53,430 nucleotides of DNA from a candidate division WWE3 bacterium UBA1401 (lineage in GTDB: Bacteria; Patescibacteriota; WWE3; UBA101185; UBA10185). Shown one piece after another: positions 44,021 through 52,680 of the stretch. The first letter of the stretch is position 1, and every line of letters begins with the position of its first letter. Where the stretch lies: contig DBQF01000005.1 in assembly GCA_002305115.1 (NCBI GenBank), forward strand, positions 1 to 53,430. Reading direction: 5' to 3'. The notes beneath the pieces are model-generated. The model was not told the origin of the DNA, ran no database searches, and was given only the letters and a program-made list of their open reading frames with translations. The position numbers were made by a program, and so were the translations under genes.

Positions 44021-46140
44021 ATGAAGGCGAACAACGCTTTATACCACCAGTCGAGTCAGAGAGGGTAAAACCTGAAAAGGGAGACGAAAGAATCTCAAGC
44101 ATTGAAACTGCAATTGAAGGAATTAATCAGAGGCTGGATAGGTTACGGAGACAGGCCAGAGAAACATTAGTACCCGGCGAAAGAATTAGGAACGAATGCC
44201 GAAGAATGGAATGCGCACTGGGTTTAAGAAGCGTGACAGACAAAGCATTGGAAACAGTTTTATTCATCGATCCCCCCTTTTATAAGGGTGCAGCCCTAAG
44301 AGGAGATGAACACCCTGAGGAATTATTTGGGCTTGAAAGTTACAAAGGGTGGCTTGAGGCAAGGCTCTATATGAGAGGTATCGATAAACTAACCCCAGCA
44401 GTTATTAAGCAGGCACATAAATTATTAATGCAGGGCATGAGAAGTATAAGGCCTGGAGAATATAGAAATATGGGCGCTGTAGGGGGAGATTACACAGAAA
44501 AAGGAAAACCTGTCAATGTTGGCTCTAAACAGTTAGCTGTTCTTCAGGGATCGCCATTAACACAATTTGACATCCTAGATGCAGGATCAGAAGGTAACAC
44601 TCGGGGCTACATAATATACCCCTCTGCAGAAAGAAGAGATACTATAAGAAAAGCCATTGCTTGGTTATCTCCGGAAAGAAGTGAAAAATTAACCAGCACC
44701 GTAGTAACAGAACAACGATTGATTGAATTTCTTGTAGAAGAAGCCGTGGAAAAATATGAACATAGAGAAAACACAAGCAATACTGATGAATATTCAGCAG
44801 CACTGTTGCAAAGAGATATTGTTTCAATTCATCCGTTCGAAGACGGAAATGGGAGGTTATCGCGGCTATTAATGAATTGGGCTCTGGAAAAAAAAGGCAA
44901 GATGCCATGTTACCTTGAGAATCCAGGCCAAGATATGTTACTGGATGAAAAGGAATGGGAAAGAACGGTAAAACAAGGCGTTTCGGATTACAATTTATAT
45001 CTTGTAACATCTGAATATGCACCTTTAGGAAAACCTAGAACTCCACGTGAAGTATTTTTCACTAGGCAAGTGTGCGATTACTACGACATTGTTCATAGCA
45101 AGAGACAGATACAACCAAGGCCGGAAGCCCAACTAGTATATGAAGAACAAAAAGCTTCTCTGGATCAATTCGAGCTGGATGCAGTACAGTTTACAGAGTC
45201 AACTGGATATATCTATAACCCAGCAAACCTGGTAAATGGAGATACAGAAAGGGATGTTGAAAAGATATATGTAGGGGGCTTAATACCAGAGAGCTATAGG
45301 GAAAATTGGGGAATAACAGCAACAGATGTTGAAAAAACTTATGTTGAAGGCACAACACTATATAGGGGAGGCTTGGTAGAAGATTATAGTGAACCTGAAG
45401 ATGTATTGGCATTGTTCGAAGGAGCTGTAGGATTAAGTAGCTCGTACAGAGCATGTTTTGAAGCGGGTATATCCCCTATGTCTATAAAGGGCATCAGTAG
45501 GAGCATGATATTAGAAACTATGGACACCTATAATGGAATCGTTGCAAACGATTGGTTAACTAAGCACAGAAGTAAACCCTTCCAGGAATTCATGGATAAA
45601 GAACTGCATAAAATAGGTCCTGAAAATAGATATCTTGGAAAAGCAATTGAGGATGGGGAATATATGGAAGCTTTAGTAGGGGCACATATATACAGCGCTA
45701 GAGAAATCAGAATTTCTCCTTTCGTAAGTACAAGCACAGCCAAAGAGACATCAGAATGGTGGGCTGGAAGATATAGGGGACGAAATAATGTAGGGCTCTT
45801 AATGGAACTTTCGGTACCAAAACGAGGCGTGTTGATAAGTGAAAATCTAGATAGAAATGGGCTACAGCTGCCAGAACCCGTAACAAAAATAGCATCCCAC
45901 GAGGACGAGTTCCTACTTGTAGGAGGTATCGACCCTAACGCAATAAAGGAAGTGGAAATTATCAAAAACAGCGAGAGAACCCAAAACCGTACTATTTGTA
46001 GGGCAAGAAGAATAGCAAAAAGAGTTGTAATTCTAGATATCTTTGAAACCAAAGAAAGAAGATATTATGAGTTTGACAGGCAAGGAGATTTACAAATAAC
46101 TAAAATAGAAACACTACCTGATGAGAAGTTAAGCAGCTAA
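44017..46140 (+). CDS. Fic domain + cholera-toxin-like ADP-ribosyltransferase fusion
   Basis: HPFEDGNGRLSR (H272). LYRG (R450), AH (H557), PFVSTS (S571) and HEDEFLLVGGI (E629/E631). Confidence 0.8.
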   Translation: MNEGEQRFIPPVESERVKPEKGDERISSIETAIEGINQRLDRLRRQARETLVPGERIRNECRRMECALGLRSVTDKALETVLFIDPPFYKGAALRGDEHPEELFGLESYKGWLEARLYMRGIDKLTPAVIKQAHKLLMQGMRSIRPGEYRNMGAVGGDYTEKGKPVNVGSKQLAVLQGSPLTQFDILDAGSEGNTRGYIIYPSAERRDTIRKAIAWLSPERSEKLTSTVVTEQRLIEFLVEEAVEKYEHRENTSNTDEYSAALLQRDIVSIHPFEDGNGRLSRLLMNWALEKKGKMPCYLENPGQDMLLDEKEWERTVKQGVSDYNLYLVTSEYAPLGKPRTPREVFFTRQVCDYYDIVHSKRQIQPRPEAQLVYEEQKASLDQFELDAVQFTESTGYIYNPANLVNGDTERDVEKIYVGGLIPESYRENWGITATDVEKTYVEGTTLYRGGLVEDYSEPEDVLALFEGAVGLSSSYRACFEAGISPMSIKGISRSMILETMDTYNGIVANDWLTKHRSKPFQEFMDKELHKIGPENRYLGKAIEDGEYMEALVGAHIYSAREIRISPFVSTSTAKETSEWWAGRYRGRNNVGLLMELSVPKRGVLISENLDRNGLQLPEPVTKIASHEDEFLLVGGIDPNAIKEVEIIKNSERTQNRTICRARRIAKRVVILDIFETKERRYYEFDRQGDLQITKIETLPDEKLSS

Positions 46141-46174
46141 GTAGTACCAATATAAGGGTAATAAGCTACCTTAA

Positions 46175-47131
46175 TTAAAGTAAATCATGCGCTACTTCCA
46201 CCCCAAGCAGGCCAAACCCCCAGTCCAGCATCAACACCATATCACCCTTCCTATCAACACTATTTAGCACCACCCCAACAACTTCCCTGCCCTCATTCTC
46301 CGCGTATGTAACCAAACAAAGACCGGCTTCTTCCGTAAACCCAGTCTTCACACCTTTAACTCCAGGATAGGTTGTTAACAAATTAGTCTGGTTATACAGA
46401 TACATATACTTATGGCCATCACTTGCAAGTTCCTTCTCAACTGTAGCCACAATCTTTTTAAACTCCGGATTTTTGAGTGCATAACGGGTTAACTTTGCTA
46501 AATCCAGCGGTGTGCTATAAGTAGCATTGTCTAGCCCACTTGGGTCAGCAAAATACGTGTTTTTCAAACCCAGTTCCTTGGCTTTTATGTTCATCCAGTC
46601 AATAAACGTATCCACATCACCCGCTACTCCTTCTGCAATAGCGTACGCTGCGTCATTTCCGGAATGTAAAATAAGCCCATATAACAACTCTTCCAGCAGG
46701 TAAATCTCCCCCGCACTAATTTGCATGCTATTTTCCCCCACAGACGCAGCATCTTCCGAAACAAACAACTTATCATCAATCTTTTTATGCTCTAGTGCCA
46801 CAACGGCAGTCATTATCTTTGTCAGGCTGGCAATTTTATATTGTTTGGAAGCATATTTTTCAAACAGAATGGTACCTTCATTTATATCAACAACCACTCC
46901 CGCAGACCCGGCAATATCGGGTTGATTGGTTAAAATATAGGAAGAAGTTACTTTCCAATAGGGTTCGCTGTCATAAGAAACCAACAAAGTTTCTTCGTAG
47001 CTTTTCCGGGTGCCTTCGGGCATAACTAAACCTGTTACTAACAGGCTTGATCCTTGAGCCCGGCTAGCTATAATGTCATACCCAGCCAAAATAACCGCCA
47101 CTAAGCCAATTACAATAAAAAACCTCTTCAT
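46175..47131 (-). CDS. D-alanyl-D-alanine carboxypeptidase (peptidase S11)
   Basis: SLTK, SGN and KTG motifs; N-terminal anchor. Confidence 0.94.
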   Translation of the reverse strand: MKRFFIVIGLVAVILAGYDIIASRAQGSSLLVTGLVMPEGTRKSYEETLLVSYDSEPYWKVTSSYILTNQPDIAGSAGVVVDINEGTILFEKYASKQYKIASLTKIMTAVVALEHKKIDDKLFVSEDAASVGENSMQISAGEIYLLEELLYGLILHSGNDAAYAIAEGVAGDVDTFIDWMNIKAKELGLKNTYFADPSGLDNATYSTPLDLAKLTRYALKNPEFKKIVATVEKELASDGHKYMYLYNQTNLLTTYPGVKGVKTGFTEEAGLCLVTYAENEGREVVGVVLNSVDRKGDMVLMLDWGFGLLGVEVAHDLL

Positions 47132-47151
47132 AACATGTTAGAATACCTGAT

Positions 47152-48564
47152 ATGGAAACTGTTTACAAAAAAGTGTTTGTTACAACCGCAATCGACTATG
47201 CCAATGCTACTATTCACATTGGCCATGCGTACGAAAAAGTACTGGCTGATGCTATAGCCAGGTATTATCGTGCAAAAAAAGGTGAAAATAACGTATACTT
47301 CACAACCGGTACTGACGAACACGGTATTACTAACCAGCAAGCCGCTGAAAAAAGAGGTATAACCCCACAAGAACACGTCCAAGACATTTCAAGTCAAGAC
47401 CAGGCTGAAATTGACAGCTTAAATGTTTCCTACACCCGCTTCTTCAGAACCACCAGCGAAGACCACAAACACAAAGCACAAGAATTCTTCACCAAATCTA
47501 TGGAAAACGGTGACATCTATAAGAGCGCTTATAAAGGATTGTATTGTGAAGGATGTGAAGCCTACAAAACGTTATCCGAACTCACCGAAGACTGCAAATG
47601 CCCGCTGCATCCCACCAGGCAAATTCAGGAGTACGAAGAAGAAAACTACTTTTTCAAGTGGAGTAAGTACGAGGGATTCTTAAAAGAATTAATAGAAACC
47701 AATCAATTGCAAATTTTGCCAGGAGGCCGAAAAAAAGAGATGCTCGCCTTTATAGAAAACGGCATCCAAGATATTCCCATCAGTAGACCTACCTACAAAT
47801 TGTCCTGGGGTATACCTGTGCCAAATGACCCGGAACAGGTTATTTACGTATGGTTTGATGCACTTATTAATTATGTAACTTCAGGCGAGGCTAATGGTTT
47901 TTGGGATGACGATACCTATATTATTCATTTTGTAGGCAAAGATATTGCCAGATGGCACACTCTTTTGTGGCCGACTATGCTTAAAAGCGCAGGGTACAGA
48001 TTACCAAACACTGTGTACGTTCATGGCTTTATTAACCTGGAAGGCCAAAAGATCAGCAAATCTAGAGGTAACGTTATACGGCCTTCGGAACTTGTGGAGA
48101 AATATGGAACAGATGCAGTTAGATATTATTTCTTAAAACACGGGCCAATAACAGAAGATGTAGATATTTCGATAAAGCACTTTGAGGAAGTATATAACGC
48201 CGATTTAGCCAATGGTTTGGGCAATACCACCGCCAGGCTTGCAAAGCTGGCCGAAAAAGCCAAGTTAAGTCTAGATATTTCTCCAAAGTTTACGCTTGAA
48301 ATTAAAGACTTTAGGGTAGACTTGGCTATAAATGAACTTCAGCAGAAGTTAACAGAGCTTGATAAACACATAAACGAAAACACTCCGTGGGCCATTGAAG
48401 ATGAAACCAAGCTTAAAGAAGTGCTTACCACCGAAATTACACAACTAGTAAATATTGCAGAAAATCTCAAACCCTTTATTCCTGAAACAGTTACCAAAGT
48501 ACAGACAACGTTTTTAGAAGGCCCGATAAAAGCCCCGGAACCTTTGTTTCCCCGAATTTCCTGA
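47152..48564 (+). CDS. metG: Methionine-tRNA ligase (short form)
   Basis: HIGH, GTDEHG, CEGCE, YVWFDAL and KISKS motifs. Confidence 0.97.
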   Translation: METVYKKVFVTTAIDYANATIHIGHAYEKVLADAIARYYRAKKGENNVYFTTGTDEHGITNQQAAEKRGITPQEHVQDISSQDQAEIDSLNVSYTRFFRTTSEDHKHKAQEFFTKSMENGDIYKSAYKGLYCEGCEAYKTLSELTEDCKCPLHPTRQIQEYEEENYFFKWSKYEGFLKELIETNQLQILPGGRKKEMLAFIENGIQDIPISRPTYKLSWGIPVPNDPEQVIYVWFDALINYVTSGEANGFWDDDTYIIHFVGKDIARWHTLLWPTMLKSAGYRLPNTVYVHGFINLEGQKISKSRGNVIRPSELVEKYGTDAVRYYFLKHGPITEDVDISIKHFEEVYNADLANGLGNTTARLAKLAEKAKLSLDISPKFTLEIKDFRVDLAINELQQKLTELDKHINENTPWAIEDETKLKEVLTTEITQLVNIAENLKPFIPETVTKVQTTFLEGPIKAPEPLFPRIS

Positions 48565-48576
48565 TACAATCTAGGT

Positions 48577-49032
48577 ATGCTGTTAGCTAAGAATAGGAAA
48601 GCTTTATATAATCATGAAATTCTGGAAAAGTTTGTGGCAGGACTAGTACTTAAAGGTTATGAGGTTAAGGCTATCAGAGAAGGTAATGTTAGTTTTGAGG
48701 GTGCATATATTGTAGTTAGGGGAAAAACCGCCTGGCTTGTAAATTTAACCATCAGCAAATACTCAAAACAAAGCCAAGATGTTCCGGAAGCTGAGCAGCG
48801 CCGGGACAGACAGCTGATTTTGCATGAGCAGGAAATAAATAAGCTTAGGCAGGAAGTTAGCCAGAAAGGTAAAACAGCAATTCCCTTAGCTTTATTGCTG
48901 CAACATAATTTGGTAAAATTGGAGCTGGCAATAGTAAAGGGCAGGAAAGAATACGAGAAGAAAGAAGTTACAAAGAAACGTCAGATTGAACGGGATTTGC
49001 AACGTGAACGTAAGGGGATGTACGGGCTTTGA
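48577..49032 (+). CDS. smpB: SsrA-binding protein
   Basis: NRKA, GLVLKGYEVKAIR and KGRK motifs; the last 19 nt overlap the tmRNA. Confidence 0.96.
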   Translation: MLLAKNRKALYNHEILEKFVAGLVLKGYEVKAIREGNVSFEGAYIVVRGKTAWLVNLTISKYSKQSQDVPEAEQRRDRQLILHEQEINKLRQEVSQKGKTAIPLALLLQHNLVKLELAIVKGRKEYEKKEVTKKRQIERDLQRERKGMYGL

Positions 49033-49405
49033 TTGAAAGCACTTTGAAATACAAAAGCAAGCCTAGTTTGTTAGCAACTAGCAAAAACTAACACAAGATA
49101 CATGCCGACAGTTTTTCTGAAGACATGGAGCCTGCATTAGTAGGCGCTATGGCTTAAGGTTTTACCTTTAAGCCTGGCCCGGGTTCTTCTTCCCTAGAGG
49201 AGAGCTTTGGGTCTTATAAAACTAGGGTGAGGGAGCTTAACAGCCCAGGTAAGTTTCCAAGAGCGTAGAGCTCAATACTAATGGGCACATGAGAGGTTTT
49301 AGGTTTGCCAAAATACCTTGCTTCTCATTATAATTTTTGGCTAAGCTTGTAGATTTTTGTGTTTGGTCTTTCAAGACGGGGGTTCAACTCCCCCCATCTC
49401 CACCA
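49014..49405 (+). ncRNA. ssrA: tmRNA; tag ORF 49104-49157 encodes (A)ADSFSEDMEPALVGAMA
   Basis: 5' GGGGATG pairs with 3' CATCTCC-A-CCA, including G3-U70. T arm GGGGG-TTCAACT-CCCCC. Resume context AUACAU-GCC and an Ala-ending tag. Confidence 0.93.
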
Positions 49406-49569
49406 TTCTTCGCAGCGAAGCAAGAAGAATGTCCTGCGAAGCCCTTTAGGGCGAAGTAGGACAATCAACTCTATCATCTGCTACGAATGGCACAGCCATC
49501 TTCGGCGAAGAATGTCCTCCCGCCTTCACCAAGGTTACGGCGGACAAGGCGTGTACTAGAGCACAGCCA
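49404..49569. repeat. Palindrome-rich repeat cluster directly after the tmRNA 3' end
   Basis: Two units of cat(t)cttc...gaagaatgtcct plus a family C hairpin (49404-49461, 49497-49548). cgaatggcacagcc at 49484-49497; gcacagcca again at 49561-49569. Confidence 0.8.
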
Positions 49570-49623
49570 CGTCAAATAAACAATGTATCCGGCAATACTA
49601 ATTGGTATAATTCCCATGCGTAT

Positions 49624-49977
49624 ATGGTCTATATAATCCAAAGTATAAACTTCCCTAAAAACACATACATCGGCTATACCACAAATATCAATAAAAGATT
49701 ACAAAAACATAACCAAGGAGGTTCTTATCACACTTCCAAGTACAAACCATGGAAGTTACTATACTTCTCAGCTTTTGCTACTAAAAAACTAGCATTGGAT
49801 TTTGAAAAATACCTAAAGTCTTCCTCTGGAAAGGCTTTTACTAGGAAAAGGTTGATAGGAGTTAAGAAAGGAATTCCACAACCTCTTCTGCCAATGCATC
49901 CTCATACCCCACATACTGATGATGTGCCCCCTCCAGCAAAACCACCTCACAATCCTTCGTACATAGGACGGGCCTAG
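49624..49977 (+). CDS. Small GIY-YIG nuclease with a probably non-homologous C-terminal extension
   Basis: VYIIQS...YIGYT...RLQKHN...FEKYLKSSSG. Confidence 0.88.
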   Translation: MVYIIQSINFPKNTYIGYTTNINKRLQKHNQGGSYHTSKYKPWKLLYFSAFATKKLALDFEKYLKSSSGKAFTRKRLIGVKKGIPQPLLPMHPHTPHTDDVPPPAKPPHNPSYIGRA

Positions 49978-50026
49978 GTGTAAACAGCAACTTTTCCCAA
50001 CAAATCAACGAAGAAGATAAATAAAG
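49862..50026 (-). pseudogene. Possible C-terminal fragment of an alpha/beta hydrolase
   Basis: 54-codon open frame with no start, ending EVVLLEGAHHQYVGYEDALAEEVVEFLS*. It overlaps the GIY-YIG extension. Confidence 0.35.
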
Positions 50027-50169
50027 TCAGGGACGAGCCCTAGATCCAACTAACCATTTATTGATCCATCAGACATATATTGAGAATAACCAAAGGGCGG
50101 GCCTGCCCTACTGAAACCTATCTAGAACTCGTATTACTTCTGCCAGCGGTATTACCCAGACTCGTGGTA

Positions 50170-50202
50170 TTGACGCTCGCACAGGTAATACTGTATTATT
50201 AC
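50170..50202 (+). promoter_or_regulatory. Promoter with overlapping inverted-repeat operator for the TA operon
   Basis: TTGACG (50170-50175)-N18-TATTAT (50194-50199). Inverted repeats taatac-t-gtatta and gtaata-N6-tattac. Confidence 0.6.
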
Positions 50203-50205
50203 ACC

Positions 50206-50445
50206 ATGACATACACTAGTACAGTAACGCAAAAAGGCCAAATAACCCTTCCAAAAGCTTTAAGGAACAAGCTTAATATTAAAACAAGAGAGAAAGTCAT
50301 TATAAAATTAAAGGAAGATTGCATCGAAATAACACCAACCTCTGATATATTGAGCATTGCAGGATTCCTAAAAAACAAAGTTAAAGTTTCAAAAAACATT
50401 TTGGAAGCCAGAGAAGCCCTGGAAAACAAGTATGACCGTGTCTAA
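50206..50445 (+). CDS. AbrB/MazE/SpoVT-family antitoxin (VapB-like)
   Basis: STVTQKGQITLPKALRNKL; start at ATG 50206. Confidence 0.92.
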   Translation: MTYTSTVTQKGQITLPKALRNKLNIKTREKVIIKLKEDCIEITPTSDILSIAGFLKNKVKVSKNILEAREALENKYDRV

Positions 50446-50875
50446 AAAAGCTTACTTTATAGATACAAATATTTTTCTACGAGCTCTTATAAAGGATGAT
50501 ATTAAAAGCTTCGCAAAAGTTATCTTACTCCTAGAAAACATAAAAAATAACAAGATTCAGGCATATTCCTCAAGCATAGTAATAGCTGAAATAGTTTGGA
50601 CTCTTAAATCATTTTACAAACTCTCGAAAGAAGACATTATTAAAGCAGTTGATAGCATACTAAATTTGAAGGGGTTAAATTTCATAGAAACGCAAAACAT
50701 TACAGAAGCACTAACTATGTACAAAGACAATAATGTTAAGTTTACCGACTGCCTTATCTATTCGAGTCTAGATACAACTAAGGATTGGTATGTTGTATCT
50801 TGTGATACTGATTTTGATAAATTAGGCACAAAAAGAGTAGATCCGGCAGATTTGCAAAATGAGCAGCCTTCTTGA
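50432..50875 (+). CDS. PIN-domain toxin (VapC-like)
   Basis: FIDTNIFLR, AEI, DCLI and SCDTDFD acidic PIN motifs; overlaps the antitoxin. Confidence 0.92.
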   Translation: MTVSKKAYFIDTNIFLRALIKDDIKSFAKVILLLENIKNNKIQAYSSSIVIAEIVWTLKSFYKLSKEDIIKAVDSILNLKGLNFIETQNITEALTMYKDNNVKFTDCLIYSSLDTTKDWYVVSCDTDFDKLGTKRVDPADLQNEQPS

Positions 50876-50902
50876 CTTCCCATTCTGCTATACTAAACCC
50901 AT

Positions 50903-51862
50903 ATGTCCAAGGCAACCAACGGATACATTCTGCTAACCGGAACTGCAAACATCCCCCTTGCGCAAGAAATCGCAAGAATCCTAGACAAACAGCTCTACGA
51001 ACCAGTCAGCTTTTTTGCTGATGGAGAGATTAAAGTCACACTTCCCATAACGGCCAGAAACATGCACGTGGTCATCATTCAGCCCACGTGTGGACCGGTA
51101 AATGATCACGTAATGGAGTTACTTTTAATGATAGATGCGGCAAGAAGGTCATCGGCACTGGAAATTTCCACTATTATTCCCTACTTTGGCTACAGTCGGC
51201 AAGACAGAAAAGATGCGCCACATGTACCCATAAGTTCCGCAATGGTAGCCAACTTGATTGAATATACCGGCGCAGATAGAATTGTTACCCTGGATATCCA
51301 CTCAGATCAACAACAAGGTTTTATCAAAGGTTCGTGGGACAACTTGTACGCCAGCCACACATTAATTCCCTATCTAGAAAAGAAGAAATTAACCAACTTG
51401 ATAGTAGCATCACCAGACAAAGGCGGAGCAGCTAGAGCAAGTGCCTATGCTAAAAGAATGGGAGCAGATGGTATTGCAATTGTATACAAAGAGCGGGATA
51501 CAAGTGTGAAAAACGTCTCGAAAGCGCTTGATATGATTGGAAATGTAAATGGGAAAAATGTGCTACTGGTAGACGATATTATCGATACAGCGGGTTCAAC
51601 AAAAAATGCGGCAAAGCTGCTTAAAGCACGAGGCGCAAAAAAGGTTATTGTCGCAGCTACACATGGCCTGTTTTCAGGAAGTGCCGCAGAAAACCTTTCG
51701 GATGAAGCTTTGGATGAAGTTATTATAACTAATACTGTCCCTGTCAGGAAGGAGATATTAGAAAATCCCAAGGTTTCGGTAGTATCAGTTGCGCCGTTTT
51801 TGGCTGAAGTCATAAGAAGAACACATGAAGGCATCTCCCTAAGCCCAGAGCTGATTGATTAA
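50903..51862 (+). CDS. prs: Ribose-phosphate pyrophosphokinase
   Basis: FADGEI, PYFGYSRQDR, DIH, SPDKGG and VDDIIDTAGS motifs. Confidence 0.97.
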   Translation: MSKATNGYILLTGTANIPLAQEIARILDKQLYEPVSFFADGEIKVTLPITARNMHVVIIQPTCGPVNDHVMELLLMIDAARRSSALEISTIIPYFGYSRQDRKDAPHVPISSAMVANLIEYTGADRIVTLDIHSDQQQGFIKGSWDNLYASHTLIPYLEKKKLTNLIVASPDKGGAARASAYAKRMGADGIAIVYKERDTSVKNVSKALDMIGNVNGKNVLLVDDIIDTAGSTKNAAKLLKARGAKKVIVAATHGLFSGSAAENLSDEALDEVIITNTVPVRKEILENPKVSVVSVAPFLAEVIRRTHEGISLSPELID

Positions 51863-52413
51863 CCTACTCTAAAAGTATTCCTGCCACCATTCTTTGCTTC
51901 ATACAAAGCCTTGTCTGCTCGATCAATCAGAGCATTAACATTATCATCTTGAGAGCTCTGAGGATCAAATGTAGCAATTCCAATACTTACCGTTACGGTA
52001 ACTGAATGTTTTTTTGACTTAATCACGTTTTCGGAAACAACTTTTAACAACCTTTTAGCTAAAAGCGTTGCTCCCAATTCTCCCGTGACGGGAAGTATTA
52101 CCAAAAACTCTTCTCCCCCATATCTGCCAATAATATCGGCCTTTCTTAAATTGGTGGAAAATACTTGTGCAGTACTTTTAAGAACTGCGTCTCCTGTAGA
52201 ATGACCATAAGTGTCATTTACTTTTTTGAAGTGATCTATATCGAGCATCATTACCGTTAAGGGAAGTTTATACCTACGGCTTTGATCAAATTCCATTTCT
52301 GCTAATCTTAAGATTAAGTCACGAATGTAGACTCCTGTAAGACTGTCAAGATAAAAAGTATTAAACTTAGTAATTTGGTATAGAAAGCGATAAAGATCGT
52401 GCTTAAGGCTCAT
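51859..52413 (-). CDS. Stand-alone GGDEF diguanylate cyclase
   Basis: DSLTG, DIDHFKKVND, RKAD I-site, RYGGEEF and ADKALYEAK motifs. Confidence 0.93.
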   Translation of the reverse strand: MSLKHDLYRFLYQITKFNTFYLDSLTGVYIRDLILRLAEMEFDQSRRYKLPLTVMMLDIDHFKKVNDTYGHSTGDAVLKSTAQVFSTNLRKADIIGRYGGEEFLVILPVTGELGATLLAKRLLKVVSENVIKSKKHSVTVTVSIGIATFDPQSSQDDNVNALIDRADKALYEAKNGGRNTFRVG

Positions 52414-52465
52414 TAGTTAAGCTTAACATAACATAAAAAAGCGTGGTAATATACGAAAGTCACAT

Positions 52466-52555
52466 GGAGGGTTGGCAGAGTGGCCTAATGCAGCGGTTTG
52501 CTAAACCGCGCCCGCTTTTGTGGGCTCACAGGTTCGAATCCTGTACCCTCCGCCA
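52466..52555 (+). tRNA. tRNA-Ser(GCT)
   Basis: GGAGGGT/ACCCTCC acceptor, GCGGT-TTGCTAA-ACCGC anticodon arm, long variable arm, encoded CCA. Confidence 0.97.
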
Positions 52556-52680
52556 GGCACCATTCGCTGCGCTCGGCGCCTGGCAAGCCAGTGGAATTAC
52601 TACAAGTGTTACAAAAAAGGCTTCCGGGTGCCTAGTCGGGTGCCGAATGGTACCCGACACTACTTCGAATGGCACAGCCT
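52556..52680. repeat. Repeat/hairpin cluster after tRNA-Ser sharing a motif with the post-tmRNA cluster
   Basis: cgcctggcaagcca (52577-52590), hairpin gtcgggtgcc-gaat-ggtacccgac (52635-52658), and cgaatggcacagcc (52666-52679), identical to 49484-49497. Confidence 0.7.

Noticed and set aside
45528-46052. 174-aa antisense ORF as an immunity gene for the ART domain
   Set aside because: It lies fully antisense to conserved catalytic motifs, with Ser/Leu/Phe-rich shadow composition.
49041-49051. boxA-like gcactttgaaa in the tmRNA
   Set aside because: It lies inside the structured RNA, and a match this short is not significant.
49359-49559. 66-aa ORF
   Set aside because: It runs over the tmRNA T arm and repeat array.
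50094-50113. GTAG-tagged REP element
   Set aside because: Single copy with no loop and no partner; it could be chance or a terminator.
49405-50880. Prophage or integrase-driven island at the tmRNA
   Set aside because: No integrase, phage gene or clear duplicated tmRNA 3' end (attR) was found.
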